DNA of 64,000 bases, taken from NCBI GenBank assembly GCA_002104895.1, contig MCFG01000374.1, forward strand, positions 1 to 64,000. The letters run 5' to 3'. The DNA comes from Anaeromyces robustus (Eukaryota). Below the pieces are notes generated by a model. That model had not been told where the DNA came from and ran no database searches. It saw only the letters and a program-made list of their open reading frames with translations. Positions within the stretch are counted from its first letter, which is position 1. Each line of letters starts with the position of its first letter. Below are positions 22,524-42,222 of this stretch, piece after piece. The translations under genes and the position numbers were made by a program.

Positions 22524-23259
22524 TAATATATAATATATAATATATAATATATAATTTCACATGAAATATGTTTTATGTGAAAATAATATTATTTAAATTT
22601 TTATAATGTATTATAATCTTACTTTGGATTTAAAACATATTTAATCCAACATGTAGAATCGCCTGGACATTTAGATTGATGATTAATTTGACTTGAAAAA
22701 AGATGTATTTCATCTATTTTTTCAGGTTCTGGAAGCTCTAATAATAAATAACGAGATTCCTCATTACCACATCTCAATTTATAATTATATATTAATTGAT
22801 TTGATATTTTCATAATTTCTTTATTCATACGATATTGAAATTTTAAATAAGATACAGCTTCTGGGTGAGCTTCTGATAAATGTTTAAAAAGACTTGATAA
22901 ATCACTATTCCTTGCTTCTGAAGATCTCATCTAAAAAAAAAAATAATAAAATAAAATAAAATAAAATAAAATAAAAATAAAAAAAAAAAATAAAAAAAAA
23001 ATAAAAAAAATACACAAATAAATAAATATATAAATATATTATAAATTATATATATTATTAAAATAAATAAAAATATTATATATATATATATAATATATTG
23101 TTTTTAAGAAATTTACCAATGGGGGTAATTGGTAATGATCACCAACTAATACAAATGTATTAGCATATTTTAATGGACCGATAGTAATTGGTAATGTAAT
23201 TTGTGATGCTTCATCAACAATACAATAGTCAAATTTTAATTTTTTAAATATCGAACTAA

Positions 23260-23305
<46 letters not shown>

Positions 23306-26300
23306 AATATAGAAAGGTCTAATAATATTAATATTTATAGAAAAAAATAAATAATAAATAAATACTTTGAAGAACCAAGACATGTTGTAGCAAAAATACT
23401 TTTTGATTCATAAAAATCTTTTAATTTTTTTACTGTATCAATACTTTCATCCAATACTTTATTAGATTGTTTGATTGAAGAATTAATCTTATTTTTATAA
23501 ATTATTTTAATTATTATAATAAAAAATAAATTTTAATAAAAATAATTATATTTTAATTTTTAATAAACATATATATATATATTATCTATTATCATACCTT
23601 ATCTAAATTTCCAATTCTAAAAAAATCAATATTTTTTTCTTGAAGTTTCAATAAAATATTATCAACTGCTGTATTAGTATATGAAGTAATTAAAACTTTT
23701 TTATTATTTTTTATTAATATTTCAATTAATGCTGTTATAGTAGTAGTTTTTCCTGTACCAGGCATACCAAGAATCAAACTGTAATCAATAGCTAATATAT
23801 ATATATTGACAAAAAAAATTATATATATATATATACCAATTAAAATCAAATATAAAAACTATATAATAATAATAATAATAATAATAATATATTTGTTTTT
23901 TTTTTTTATTTGTTTTTTATTTTTTTGCTTTTTTGTTTTTTTATTGATTTTTATATTAAATTTTACCTGATAATGATTTTTCAACAGCATTTCTTTGATA
24001 TGGATCTAAACTATCTTCAATATGTTTTGGAATAATCATCTCCTTTTTATTAAATTTTGGTTTCTCTAAATCAACAATTAAACTTCTTAATTTATTATCT
24101 TGTATTCTAAATAAATCTAATAAATTATTTCTTGTAATATTAATACCAGAACTCATTTCATCTTTATCAATTCTATATAACATTTTTTTCATAACAGAAT
24201 CTCTTGAAAAATTGTTTTCATTATTATTATATTGACGTTGATGATTTATATTACTGGTATTACCTTGAATACTACTATTTTGACTACTACTTTGTTTTTG
24301 TTTTATATCACTATATGATCGAGTTAACATTGGATAACGTTGAGAGCAAGGACTACCTTGTGATGAAAAAATACTAGATGAATATTCCTTTTTACCTTTT
24401 TTATCTTGATTATCTAAAACTATTAGATGTCTAAAGTTCTGATAAGTATCTCTATTAAAATCTTTCTCTCTTATAGGTATACCTAACAAAGGTTTACCTA
24501 TACTAACAGCAACATGATTATTATCTAATTCAGTAATATATCCAATTCCAATAGCAAAATGGTTTTCCTCACTAGAAATAACCACTGGGTCACCTTTATT
24601 TAATTGATAATTAAGTAAAGATTCTCCAGGTTTATCTCTTTCAAAATAATATTTAAAACTATCTTCTTTTATAATTTTCATATTTGAAAAACACCTATAA
24701 ATAAAAATATTAATTAAAGATTAAAAAAAATAAATAAATAAATAAATAAATATAAATAAATATAATTAAATATAATTAAATATTAATAAATATAAATAAA
24801 TATAAATAAATATAAATAAATATAAATAAATATATATTAATCCTAAATATTATTATTATTAGAATACTACCTTCCAATAGACTGTCTTTCATCACTTCTT
24901 AAACACCAAATTTCCTTTTTATATTGCTGTAAAATTTCTTCTTCATTTGTAATTAAACGTTCCCACTGTTTAAAAAATTCAGCATGTTTTTTATTTAAAA
25001 AAAAATTTTTTTTCTCTAATACTGAATACATATTACTAGAACGTTCATTGTGTTGATCATATAACTATATCGATATAATTGTAATGTATATTTACATAAA
25101 TAATATAATATATATAAATTATGAAAAAAAAGTTAAAATCAAAAATATTATTGATTATTTAATAATTATTAATATGTTATTTTTAAAATTGAATAATAAT
25201 AATTATAATTATAATTAGATTATTATTACTTTATGATATAATGAACAAGTTTGTAATTTAAAACAATTTTTGCATTTATATTCTGAATTTTGAATAGGTG
25301 GTGGTAATGAATCATTAATCATTACATAGTATGCTATTCTATTTCTATTCATAATAATTTGTCGAATCTCATTTCGTAATACTGGTATATGTATCAATCT
25401 TTCCTTTTTCAAATAATATAACAAACCTGAAAGTACATTAATATCTATTTTATTGTTAAATAAAACAATAACAGAGAAAAACGCCAGAGAATTATTAAAA
25501 AAATGAAATTACAAAATAATAATAATAATATTAATAATAATAATAATATTAATAATAATAATAATAATATAAAATTATTAAAAACGATAAATAATTAATA
25601 TTTATTCTAAATATATACAATTATATAATTATATAATTTATTATATATAATGATAATTTAATATATATATATATATATTCATTGTTACCATATCTATCAG
25701 ACATTAATAAAGTATATATAATAGTTTGAGCACGATGATTAATATTGTTTGAATTATGACCAGTTTTCAATTCTAATGGTACTACATAAGCTTTTTCTTC
25801 ATCATAATTGTCACTAACTTTAATTTGAATGGAAGCATCAATTTTTCCTTTTAATCCATACATTGGTGACCATATATTTTCTTCAATATCAAAAAGTTTA
25901 CTAATACACATTCTTTTAGTAGTTTTTTCATTTGTTGTTCTCATATATGCATCATCCTTTAAATTAATTTATTTTAAAAAAAAAAAAAAAAAATATTTAT
26001 TTGAATATGAAAATAAAAATAAAAAATTTATATATATAATAATTATTATTTACTATTTACTTACTTTGGGATGATCCGATACATATGTAGATGCCCAAGA
26101 TTGATATTTTGGTAACATATCTTTTATAGATAGATAAGCAGTTTCTTCAGTTTCATCAATACAAAATAAACTTTCTATTTTTTGTGAAATTATTTTTCTA
26201 ACTGTTTTATCTAAAAATTCAATAGAAAAATCATCATTTTGAAATGCTAATTGTAATAATTCGTGAAGTATAACACCAAAAATAAGATTACTATTCATGT

Positions 26301-29043
26301 CATCATTAAGAACTCTATTATCTAAAACAGGTTTTCTAATACATCTATACCCTTCTGAAGCTATTGTAACTGATAATAATATATCTGGATTAACAATTAT
26401 CAAATTTTCTTCATTTGTAATATAACAATAATGTGTAATTTCATCAAATTCACCAATAATATTAACATAATTGCCTAAATATTTAAATGAATATTAATAA
26501 TGATTATAATATTTATATCAATATTAAAAAATAAAAAATAAAAAAAAAAGTTAAATTTAAAAAAGAAAAAATAATAATTAAATTGTTGTTCATAAAAATA
26601 ATTACCAGGGTTAACAATAGTATCAAACCATTCATCACATAATACAGCATAACTTTCATATGAATAATTATCTTTATCATATAATCTTAATACCTTTTAA
26701 ATATTTTATTAAAAAATAAATTTTAGATATTGTTAAAATATCAATTACAACTGTAATATTTGTTGTATAATTTAATTAATATACTACATTCTACTTCAAT
26801 ATATATATATATATACTACAAGTTTCTTTTTTTTTTACCTTTGTATTATTTTTATCTAAAACTTCAATAACTAAAAACCTATAATATCTTTTCTAATAAT
26901 ATAAAAGTAATTAATTAATGAATCACAATAATTTTTAATAAAAATAGTAATAATAATAAATAACGATGAAAAATCAGATAGCCAATTAAATTGTTAATAA
27001 AATTAAGCAAAAAATAAAAAATAAAAATAATTAATATATATCTTACTTTTTTCTCATTTGATTCATTTACTTGATGATCAAATTTATTTGGGATGGAAGC
27101 TTCTCTTGAATTTACTTGTAGTATTGAAGAATTTGCTTTACTTGTAAATTTTGAAACTATTTCATCTATTTCTTTATTCGATATAAATATTTCATCAAAT
27201 ATCCCACTATCAAAATTTAACTCATCATCAATATCGCTTACATTATCATTTTTACTTTTATTTTCATTATTTTTTATTTTATTTTTATTATTATTTGTTT
27301 CCACAACTGATATTTTATCTTTATTACTAATAATAGGATTATGGGTATGAATATAATTATTAAATTCTGATTTTAAATTATTTAATCCTGATTTTAAATT
27401 ACTTATTCCTGTTTTTGAATCATTATTTTCTGATTTGATATTACTAAATCCTGATTTGATATTATTAAAACCTGATTTTAAGTTACTGAATTTTGATCTT
27501 ATATTATCATTAAATTCTGATTTTATTTGTTTAAAATCAGATATTTTATTCTTAATTTCACTTGTTTCCTGTATCTTACTTATGAATTTATCTTTTCCTT
27601 TAATATTTTTTTTATTATTATTAATATTAATGCTAGTGTTATTACTATTACTATTATTATCATTAACATTAATATTAATCTTATTATTCCTTTTTTCAAC
27701 TTTAAATATATTAGATGATTTGATTTCCTGTATTTTATTTGATTCTATGTAATTTTCTTTATTACTTGAACTTAAAGGTTTTGCATAACCCCATTTTTCA
27801 TTTTCAGATTTGATATTCATTATATTGTTATTATGATTTATTGAATCATTATTTTTTGGAATTTTAGAACAAGTACTACTAGAGGACACGTTAATTTTAG
27901 TTCCGTTCTTATTAGATTTATCACTATCATCATAACTTATTCTCCTTTTCTTTATAATTGGTTGATTTCTAGTCTCAGATTCTAACTTCATATTTTCATT
28001 AAACTTTAATAATTCTTCAATACTTACATTATGAGATTCAAAAGGTATTTTTTCAAAATTAAGTAAAGTATTATATTTTGGCATTTTTAATTTTTTATTC
28101 CTCATTTCAATTTCTGAATTATTCAATAAATTTGGTTCAGATTTAACTCTTTCATTCTTTTGAGGACTTATTAAAGGTTTATTAACAGTAACCTTAATAT
28201 TTTTATTCTCATTATCACTAACACTATTATTACTAATATCATTATTACTATTCTTTATATTTTCATTAAATAATAAAGAATTTTCAATATCTAATATATT
28301 ATCATTCTTAAAAAGGCTATTTGGGATCATTCCTTTGAAACCTTTACTCCAATGACTAAATTTAATTTTTTTATTTGTGGGTGAAAATAAATAATCCAAA
28401 CAATGAGAATGTTTCTGTTTTTGAAAAGAAGGAGAATCAAGAGTAGATGATGCTACTTCTCCTTTTCCATTTAAATTTACATTTTCATTTAGCCATATAT
28501 TGGAAATAGAAGAATGAGATGAAGACTTTTAATTGGTTAATACAATTTAATAAAAAAAAATAAATTTTGATATATTAAGCAAAAAATAATAAATATATAT
28601 TAATATATTTCAAGTAAAATAATAAATGTTTTAATATAAAAAAAAAATTACTTGTTCTTTTTGATTTATATTTGAATCATCAGATTTTCGTATTAATTTA
28701 ACAATATTAGATATTTCAGCTTCTGGTTTTATGTTTGATTCTTTATATATTTATTAAGAGTATATATACATTTTACACAATTAAAGAAATTAGAAAAATA
28801 GAAATATATGAAATAAAAAATAAAGTAAAAAATATTGAAAATAAATGTAATTTAATTTATATATATATAGTATAAATGATATATACTTTCAGAATTTAAT
28901 TTAACATGTTTTAATTTATCAATTGGAGGCGAAGTAAACCAAATAATTTTATCTTCTTCTGATTTTTGAGGTGTTTTATCATTACTTATTGGAGAAGATA
29001 AACTATTTGACTGTGAATTATCAAATTTCTTCTTTGAATTCAT
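21346..29043 (-). CDS. DNA2: Dna2 nuclease/helicase, about 17 exons, with a long low-complexity N-terminus
   Basis: Nuclease motifs GLKGKIDA and LELKTG, Fe-S cysteines (CIRK ... [10 protein letters not shown]), Walker [47 protein letters not shown]. Confidence 0.95.
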
Positions 29044-29693
29044 TTTATATTATTTTTATTAAGTAAAATATTTTAAAAAAAATAATAATAAAATACTTGA
29101 TAATATTATTAAAATTAAATAATTAATATTTTATTTAATTATCATAATTAAAATTTAAATTTAAAAAAAAAAAAACATATATAATCCATTTATAAATAAC
29201 TTTTTTTTTTCTTTTTCTTTTTCTTTTTTATATTTAAATTCAATTATATTAATAAACTATATAAATTAAAATATCAAAAATATCTAACACATTGATTTTA
29301 TTATAGTTCAATAAAAATAAATGACAAAAAAAACCCTTTTTTTAATTATTTAATTACAATAAAATAAGTTCAAAAAAGAAATTAGATTATATTTGTGTAA
29401 CATAATATTTTCAATATTATCATTTATTATAATTATTATTTTTTATTATCATCAAAGTAATTTAAAAAAATTAAATATTTTATTATACACATACTTGTAA
29501 TATTTGGTAAAAATATTAATAAAAATAAATATAAATAAATTAAAAAATTAAATTTATATCAATAATAAAAATTTTTTTTTGTTGTCCATCTCCATCTGTA
29601 AAAATATAAAAATTATTAAAAAAATAATAGCTTAGATTTAATCTAATTTATTTATATATATATATATATATTTATTTATTTATTTATTTATTT

Positions 29694-29861
<168 letters not shown>

Positions 29862-31319
29862 TTTTATATTATTTAATTATATGTATATAATCTGAATTTC
29901 ACAAAAAAATTAATAAATAATTAAATTTTATTACATATCAATTGCTATCCTGGTTGTCAAGGCTTTTGGGTCTAGTAAAGTTCCAATTACGCTATCAAAC
30001 ACAATGGTTTTTCTGTAATGGGTAAGGTAAATCATTCAGCCTCTTCAAAAACAAGTAAAAATCTAACATATACTAATTATTATGTGGAATGCGCACTATT
30101 TATAATCGAAAATTTCCTTTTAGTAATATCTGTTCATATATGGAGCTTGAAAACTAAATGAAATGTAAAATGTACCATTAGAATGATCACATGATAAATC
30201 TATAAGAAGAAAAAAACAAGGAATATTAATTAAAAAAATTGATTTCATAAAAACTTATATATACACTAATATAATTTATTTATTTAAATAAAAAAAAATT
30301 AAATATGGTTATGTTCATATTTCTAATTTCTCATATTTTAAGCATAAATTTTAATAAAACCTAAATCATTATTATTTGTTTTCTCTTAAATTAATATTTT
30401 ATTAAATAATGAATTAGATTTATAATATGAATTAAATATATTAGGAATTTTTTTTTTGTAAATATAATTTGGTATAAAAAGGTATAATAATTATATAAAA
30501 TTTTAAATAAAATTTTTTAATATAAAAAACGTTTTTTAAGAAATTATATTAAAAATTTTAAACTATTTAAAATTAACATTATTCTCCTCACCTCGATAAT
30601 GATTATAAAAAATAGATTATTAATATTTGTATATTAATATATAATATATCAATTTTCGACATACAAAAATTTTTCCATCAAACGATAATTAGAACTAATG
30701 TTTTATATTTTTATACATATACAACTATTATAAAAAATATAATATTACTTTATTTATTACAATCCTACTTATAAGCTAGTATTAATGTCTAATTAAGAAA
30801 AAAAGAGAAAAAATCTATCTTTATAAAATTCTTTATAAAAAAATATAAAACTTTTTTTTTTAGAAAAATTAACTATAAATAGCTTATTAAAAAATCTTTC
30901 AAACTTATGAATTATTGTATTACCTTTCATAATATAATATTTAATATTTATATATTATTAAATAATATTTAAAATTGTACTAAAGCAGATATATGATTAA
31001 TGTTTTTAATAATTTTACCTTGCTAAATTTAAACTATTTCATTTTTTCTTTATTATAATATAAATTAAAATTATTATTATGTTTATTAATAAAATCATTT
31101 TATTTAATTAATCATAATTTTTTAGGTTTTATATAACTATTATTATTAATATTATTATTAAAATTGTACCAAATTTTTTTTCTTTTTATATACTATTATA
31201 ATTAACAACTATTAATAAAATAAAAAAAGATAATTAAAATTAAATAAGAATAAATAGAATAGCAATAACAATAAGCAATAAAAATTAAGAAAAAATAAAT
31301 TAATAATTATATATTGTAA

Positions 31320-34286
<2,967 letters not shown>

Positions 34287-34854
34287 TTGAATATGGCAAA
34301 TAAAAAAAAATAATTAATATATTGTAAATAAGCATATTAAAATATGTTAAACATGTATATTATATATATATTAATATAACAATAACTATAATACCATTGA
34401 AAAATAAAATAAAAAATTAAAATTAATTATTTCAATTAAAATAATAAAAAAAAAAAATAATTAAATAAAATTAATAGTAATATAATAAGTATTATATCAT
34501 AGAAATAATAATAATTAGTAGTAAGCATAATTTAATAGATATAATCTAATAATAATAATATATTTAATTATATAATCCATAGATAAAAAAAAGAAACATA
34601 AAAAATTTAATTATTAAAAAAAAATTGTTTTTTATTTTTTCAATTATATGTATATTATTTCAATTATATGTATATGTACATCTTCCTAAAAAGTTTTCTA
34701 TTAATTATTTTTTAATTATTAAGATATATATTATTTCAATTATATGTACCTCTTCCTAAAACTTATTCTATTATTTCTTTATTATTTTTTATACTTAGTA
34801 TTAACTTATTATTCTTAAAGTTTTCTGTTAAAATTTATCTACTATTAACTATAA

Positions 34855-34910
<56 letters not shown>

Positions 34911-34961
34911 TTATTTATTCATTCATTCATTTATTTATTATTTATTTATTTATATATATAT

Positions 34962-35092
<131 letters not shown>

Positions 35093-35387
35093 TGATTTAA
35101 TATGAATCTAATGTTTTAAGTTATTATTTAAAAAAGATATAATAAATATATATATATATATAAATAAAAATGAAAATGAAAATAAATGAAAAAATAAAAA
35201 TAAATGAAAAAATAAAAATAAATGAATAAATAAAAATAAATGAAAAAATGAAAATTATGAAAAAATGAAAAAATTATGAAAAAATGAAAATAATGAAAAA
35301 TTGAAAATAATGAAAAAATGAGAATTATGAAAAAATGAAAAAAAATGAAAAAAATGAAAATATTGAAAAAACTAAAAGTGAAAAAAT

Positions 35388-36308
35388 CTAATTTTCACTA
35401 TCAGGGAATAAAGTTAATTTAATGATAGTATGTAAATCATCTAATCCAACACGAGCATTATATCTAATTAATTTATCAGTATCAACAGCTTCTATATATG
35501 CTAAAGTAGTTTCAATTCTTTTTAAAGTTTTAGCAGGTATCGTTTGAATTGTATTTGATGTTCCTAAACCACGTAAAAGAGATACAATAATACCAACAGC
35601 ACCTTTTAATAATATTAAAAGAAAAAAAAAATTAATTAATTAAAATATTAACTTTAATTATATTTTAAATAATATAAAATAATTTTCAATATATCTTTAT
35701 ATATTTACCTCTTCTAGAAGTTGTAACTTTATCTAATGCCAATAAATCAAGAACATATTCAGTAATTCTAGTAAAATACCTCGTTAAAGATAATGGACAT
35801 GTTTCACAAACCATAGATAATAATGAAAGTGCACTTGATCTCATTTCAGGTGCTTCATCATGTAATACAATAAATATATCTGGAATAATTATATCAACTA
35901 ATATAATATATATAAAAATCAATATATAAATATCATAAAATAAATATATATATTTTAATATTTTAATAAATAGCATTTCAAATATATACATACATATTAA
36001 ATATTATTAATCAATAATTATAAAATAATAAGATAATATATATAATTTAAATTTAAATTTTGACATATACCATATTTTCCAAAGGTATCACCCGCTCTTT
36101 GAATAGTTTGTAATAATGCTTCACCAAGACGAAGTCTATAATCCATTTGAGATTGATTATCTTTATTTGAAGGTGTTTTATAAATTTTTAGAATTTCTGG
36201 AATAGTTTTAAATGGATGAGTATCTGTTAATGCAGATAAACCTTTAACAGCATTTAAATAAATAAAACTATAATGATGAAAATTATAATAAAAATATTAA
36301 TTAATTAG

Positions 36309-36343
<35 letters not shown>

Positions 36344-39115
36344 TAGATACATTAATAATTATAATTTTATTATTAAATATAAATATATTTTATTTTTTTT
36401 TATTATTTATTTATTTCTTATTTACCTATCTTGATCCTCAATTTGATTTAAAAATATTTTAATAATATCATCTAAATTTTCATTGGCAACTTCATCTCTT
36501 TTTAAAATCATATGTCTTAATTGAGTCATACCATGAGCACGTACAGGTAATAATTCATCAGCCATATCTTTCATTGCTTGTCTAAATTGTTCTTCTGAAT
36601 CCTTACGTTGTTTAGTCACTTTTATAATTATAATTATATAAATTAATAAATAAAAATAATTAAATGAAATTGAATAAAAATGAATAAAAATGAATAAAAA
36701 AAAATTGATAAATACCTGTCTTTCCATTATTTAAACTAGAATTAATTTTTTTCTGAGCAATAATCATAGTTCTTAAATCTTTTGAAACTTCTCTTATTTC
36801 TTTAACTTCATGTGTATTTAAGGTTTGTAAAATAGCCATAATTTCATCTAAAATTTCAGGGTTATTTAAAGTTGGACATTCTAAATTTTATTATATTATA
36901 AATATAATTATTAATATATAATAACAAGATAAATGACAATAAACAATTAAACAATTAATTTTTATTCAATTTGATTATAGCATATATTAATATATAAATA
37001 TAATATATAAATTAATATATTACCTGATAATGTAGTTTCTAACAAACTTAATGCAATAGTTAATGATTCAATATCATTTTCTTCACCAACTAACATACTT
37101 TTTACAAAACTTAAAATATCATCAGGTTTTTTAATAATTGAATGACCTATTTTTTCAATAATTTTCATAATGATTTGAATGGTTGTCATAATTCTTTTTT
37201 GTATAATTTAAATTTAATATATATATATATAATAATTATATATTAATTATTATTAATTAATATTCTTATTCTTATTGTTTTTTTTCCTAATATATTTCAT
37301 TATTAATTTTTCATTAATTATTGTTACAATATAAAAAATACTAAATTAAAATTGATTACCTCATATTTTCATTTGTTGAAGAATCTTTATCAATATCTTC
37401 ACGATTATATTTCCATTCAAATAAGAGTTGTAAGAATAAATTACTAATCAAATCAGCATTATCTATCAACTTTAAGAAATCAACATATATATCTGGATTT
37501 ATAGAAATTTTTATACTATAATAATATCAATTTTGTTTTTTTTTTTTTTAATAAATATAATTATATAATTAAATTTTATAAATATGAGATTAATATATAT
37601 AATTATTATAATATGATCATAAATTTAACAAATATATTAATATGATATCAAAATAATATAATATTATAATAAAATAAATATAAAATATATATTTACTTTT
37701 TATCGTCAATAAATTTTAAAACAATACCACCAGTTGGACCTGGTCCAAACATTTTATCTTGTAATGTATTTTCATAATAATATAACAAAGTTTTTAAAAT
37801 CGTAATAGAATGTTCATGTTTTACAATTCTAAAGTAAATAGATAAAATATCATATACATCTGTCTTCAAATTTGAACTATTTTTACTAGCTAATTCATAA
37901 ATAAAATATAATGGTATCACAGCTATTTAAAAAAAAAATAAAATAATTAAAAATAATTAAAATAAATAAAAAATACAACATATAATAACAAAACCAATAA
38001 TAAAACAATAATAATAATAATGATTATTATTATTATTAAATACTATATATATATACCTGCAGAAAGCATATTCATTAATTCAACACATGGTTCATTACCA
38101 ATCAATAATAAATGAATTGAAATAATTGATTTTTTAATATCATCTTCTGTTTTAATAACATTACTATCAAGATCTTCTGGACTATATATATATGTATATA
38201 TAATGATATAATAATTGCACATAGAGTATTATTACAAAATAAAATAAAAATATATAAAATAATATTAAATTAATAAAAATAAAATATATATAAAAAAAAA
38301 ATAATTATAATAATAATAATATTCTCCTAATTATAAATTGATATATTACTCTTCTGAAATTTGTTTATTTATTTGTTCTTTAATATCAATACTTGAAAAT
38401 TTTGTTAAAGGTTCAATGATAGGATCAATTAAATATTTTTTAATAAATGATGGATATTTTTGAATTAATTTTATTGATATAAATGCTGTAGCTTTAACAA
38501 TTGATGGATGAATACTGCTTTCATTCACAAAAATTTCTATAATTTGATTACTTATGATAGAACAATAATCCTTTATAAAAAAATAAATAAATAAATAAAA
38601 TTGTTATTATAAAGAAAAAAATGCATATTATTATAAACGATAATTTATAACATAAAAAAATATTTTTATATTAATTTATCTTTAATAAAATATAATTTTT
38701 ATCAATTTATATATATATAAATATACCTCAACAGAATTAGCTTGCCATGGTACAGTAGTAACAAGTTTTGCCATTTTTTCTAGTGCATTAATACTTGGTA
38801 ATTCTTTGAAAAAAAAAAAAAAAGCATGAATAAATTGATATAATTTTTATAAATATAAAATATCACAATTTTTATTATATCTTATAATATTTATATTGAT
38901 CAATTAAATGATTAATTGATTAAATTATATACTAACCATCCTCAGTAGAATTTGGTTGAATCATAAATTCTAATAATTTTCTCATACCATTATTTCTTAA
39001 TAAAGTTTTTGATAAATATCTTCCACAAATTACTTTTAACCAAATTGGAGATTGGTTAATATTAGAACCTAAAAGTAATGTTAAAGCTTGAATTGAATAA
39101 TATGGATCAATTCTA

Positions 39116-39153
<38 letters not shown>

Positions 39154-39358
39154 TGATGATGATGATGATGACGATAATAAGGAGAATGATAATAATAATA
39201 ATGATAATTATAATGATAATAATGATGATGATGATTAATTAATTAAAAATTAAAATTAATAATTAATAATTATTTAATAATAATAATAAAATTTTACTAA
39301 TAACAAATATATGACTATACTAATAGTAATAATAATAAAAATAATAATATTTATTATT

Positions 39359-39395
<37 letters not shown>

Positions 39396-40872
39396 AAAAA
39401 TTAATAATATATGATAATTACTTTAAATATATATCATTAAACATTGCAATACTTTTTTCTTTATATATAATACGATCATCTTTTTGATTGATAGAAAGTT
39501 GTTCTATTGATGAAGCTAAATTAGCAGGGGTTATAGGTTTGTTTGAATTCATAGATAATTGAGATTGTAAATTTTGAGGTGAATTTTGTTGTAATTTTTT
39601 CTTATTATTTAGTGGTTTTCCAATAGGACAATAACCTAATTGTAATAATCCTGAATATAAATCGGGTATATATTTTTGTAATATAATAGATTGAATGGTT
39701 GTTGCATTAATATAATCTGTAAAACCATCTAAGATATCATAAAAACATTGACATATAATAAATATTTTTTTCCAATCCTTTTCTTGACTTGTATTAATAA
39801 TTTCTTCTATTAATTATATAAATATATGAATATATATATGATATATATAATGATATTAATAATAAATATTTTAAATAATTATTGAAAAAATTCCTCAATA
39901 ATTATTATTACTAAAAAAAAAAGTATAAATATATTATATATACCTTGATTTTTTAATATTTTTGAATTAACTCTTTTTCCTAATGAAATTCCAACACCTT
40001 TCATTAAAGATGGATACAAGCCCCAACAAATAATTGTTTCAATTAACATATGAACATTTTTTAAATCTTTTACACCAAATATTTCACTTTCTAATTTATC
40101 TATTAAAATTTATTAATTATTAATTATTAATTATTAATTATTAATTATTGAAATTTAAAAAAAAAAAAAAATGTAATAATGATAATAATTAGATATATAT
40201 TATATATATATAATATTTATATATTAACCTTTATGGTATCGTTCATAAAAACTTTTATGAATTAAATATAAAACTTCTAAACCATATTTAACATATATCC
40301 AATAGCAACTGGTATCTTTAGCTTCTAATTCAGATGTAAACATTTGACCTTCAAAAGTTTCATTTATTTTATTATCTTCTCTATATTTTAATAATGCATT
40401 AATTCTATCTTGTAATTTTGTTGTTAAATCTCTTTTATCATTTTTATCTTTTTCTTTAAAAAATTAAACATTTTTAAAAATGCATATCAAATAATTAATA
40501 TATTACATGTTGAATTTAGTTTTTATATGTTTTTAAATAAAAAATATTTCATATGTTGAGATGAAAATTCCATTGTAAAATGATATTATAAAAAGAAAAT
40601 TATTGAAATAAAATGTATATTAAATAATAATTTTTTATAATTGAACAATATATCAAATTAAAAATATATGTATTAATTATTCATTAAAAAATATATAAAG
40701 AATTAGTTTAAATATATATATATAGTATATGTATATTATATATTTTATGAAAAATAAAATATAAATCAGTAATAAATAAATAAATAAAATAAAAAAAACC
40801 TTCTGTTAAACCCAGAATAACATTTAATTGGCTAATAGCCAAATCAATTTTAAGATCCAAATTTTTTGTCAT
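35388..40872 (-). CDS. RTP1: RNA polymerase II assembly/nuclear import factor Rtp1 (TANGO6 family), about 16 exons
   Basis: DELLPVRAHGMTQL, DQDSFIYLNAVKGLSAL, RLRLGEALLQTI, RSSALSLL; HEAT/ARM-like helical exons; start MTKNLDLK at 40872, stop at 35388. Confidence 0.88.
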
Positions 40873-42222
40873 TTTCAAATTTATATGTATATATAAATAA
40901 TTTATACTTCAAGAAACTTTTATTTTTATATTTATTTATTTTTTTTTATTAATAAAAAAAGGATAAAATAGATAAACCTGGTCTGAATCTATTATATATA
41001 ACATATATTATATAATTATAAAAAAAAAAAAAAAATGAAACAATTATTTAAAATTAATAATTTTTGCAATAATAATACATATATAATAAGATTTATAAAT
41101 AAACATTTCAACACTTTTTATTAAATATTATCATATGTATTATTTATAAATTTTTAAATTAATACACTTCATCTTTTTTTTTACACTTTATTTAAAAGAC
41201 TATTTAATGATTTTATCCTATTAGATTTTAATATATCAAATTACATACTTTAATTATTATCAAATTACAATTTCTAAATTTAATGAAATTTAATATATTA
41301 AGAATTAATACTTGGATTAATTAACATAAATATTATACTTTTTCTACTTAAAAAAAACTTTAAAATAAAAAATAATAATGCATATTTAAAAATAATTATA
41401 AATACTTTATATTAATAAATTTTATTTTAAATGTAAAAATTTTAAATACATGTTATTTTAATTTTCTATTAATTACTGAATGATTATATATTTTAAAATA
41501 AACCCATTAATATAATTTTAATTTAATAACATAAATATATTATATATAAACATAATATTTATAAATAAAATAATTTTATTTTACTTTTTTTTTACTTTAT
41601 TATTAAATAATTTTTTTTAATTATTGAATAATTGAAAATTGCTACTCCAATGAATTTTTTCTTTTTTTTTCTTTTCTATTTTATATTTCTTTAAAAAAAA
41701 AACGATATTAAAACTTTTATAAAAATTAATAAAAATTTTAAAATTTTTAAGTTACACAAAAAATGTGATTTTAATTGTTAAAAATTCCAATCAAAATATT
41801 ATAATCTTTTTTTTTTTTTTTTTAATAAAAAATATTAATATTTCAATTCTATACTCTATACCAACATATATCACAGTTGAAAGGAGTTATTCTTTTTTTA
41901 GTATAACTTTTTTATTTTTATATAGTATAAAAGGTATTGATAATAATATAATTACCTTGAAATATAAATTTAAATGTATTAAATATATATATATATGTAA
42001 ATTATAATTTTAGTTAAATTATTTACTAATCCATTTATATTGATTATATTTAATATTACAATTAAAAATCTTTATAATAATTAATTAAAAAAATTATTTG
42101 TTTTAAAAATATTTATATATATAATATAAAAAACATTTGAATAAATCCATAAAACTTTTTTTTTCATAATACATATTTAAATAATATATCTATATATTAA
42201 TATATATATAATAGAATATTAA

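Noticed and set aside
27093..27752. Plus-strand hydrophobic ORFs within DNA2
   Set aside because: Antisense shadows of the Asn/Lys-rich DNA2 exon
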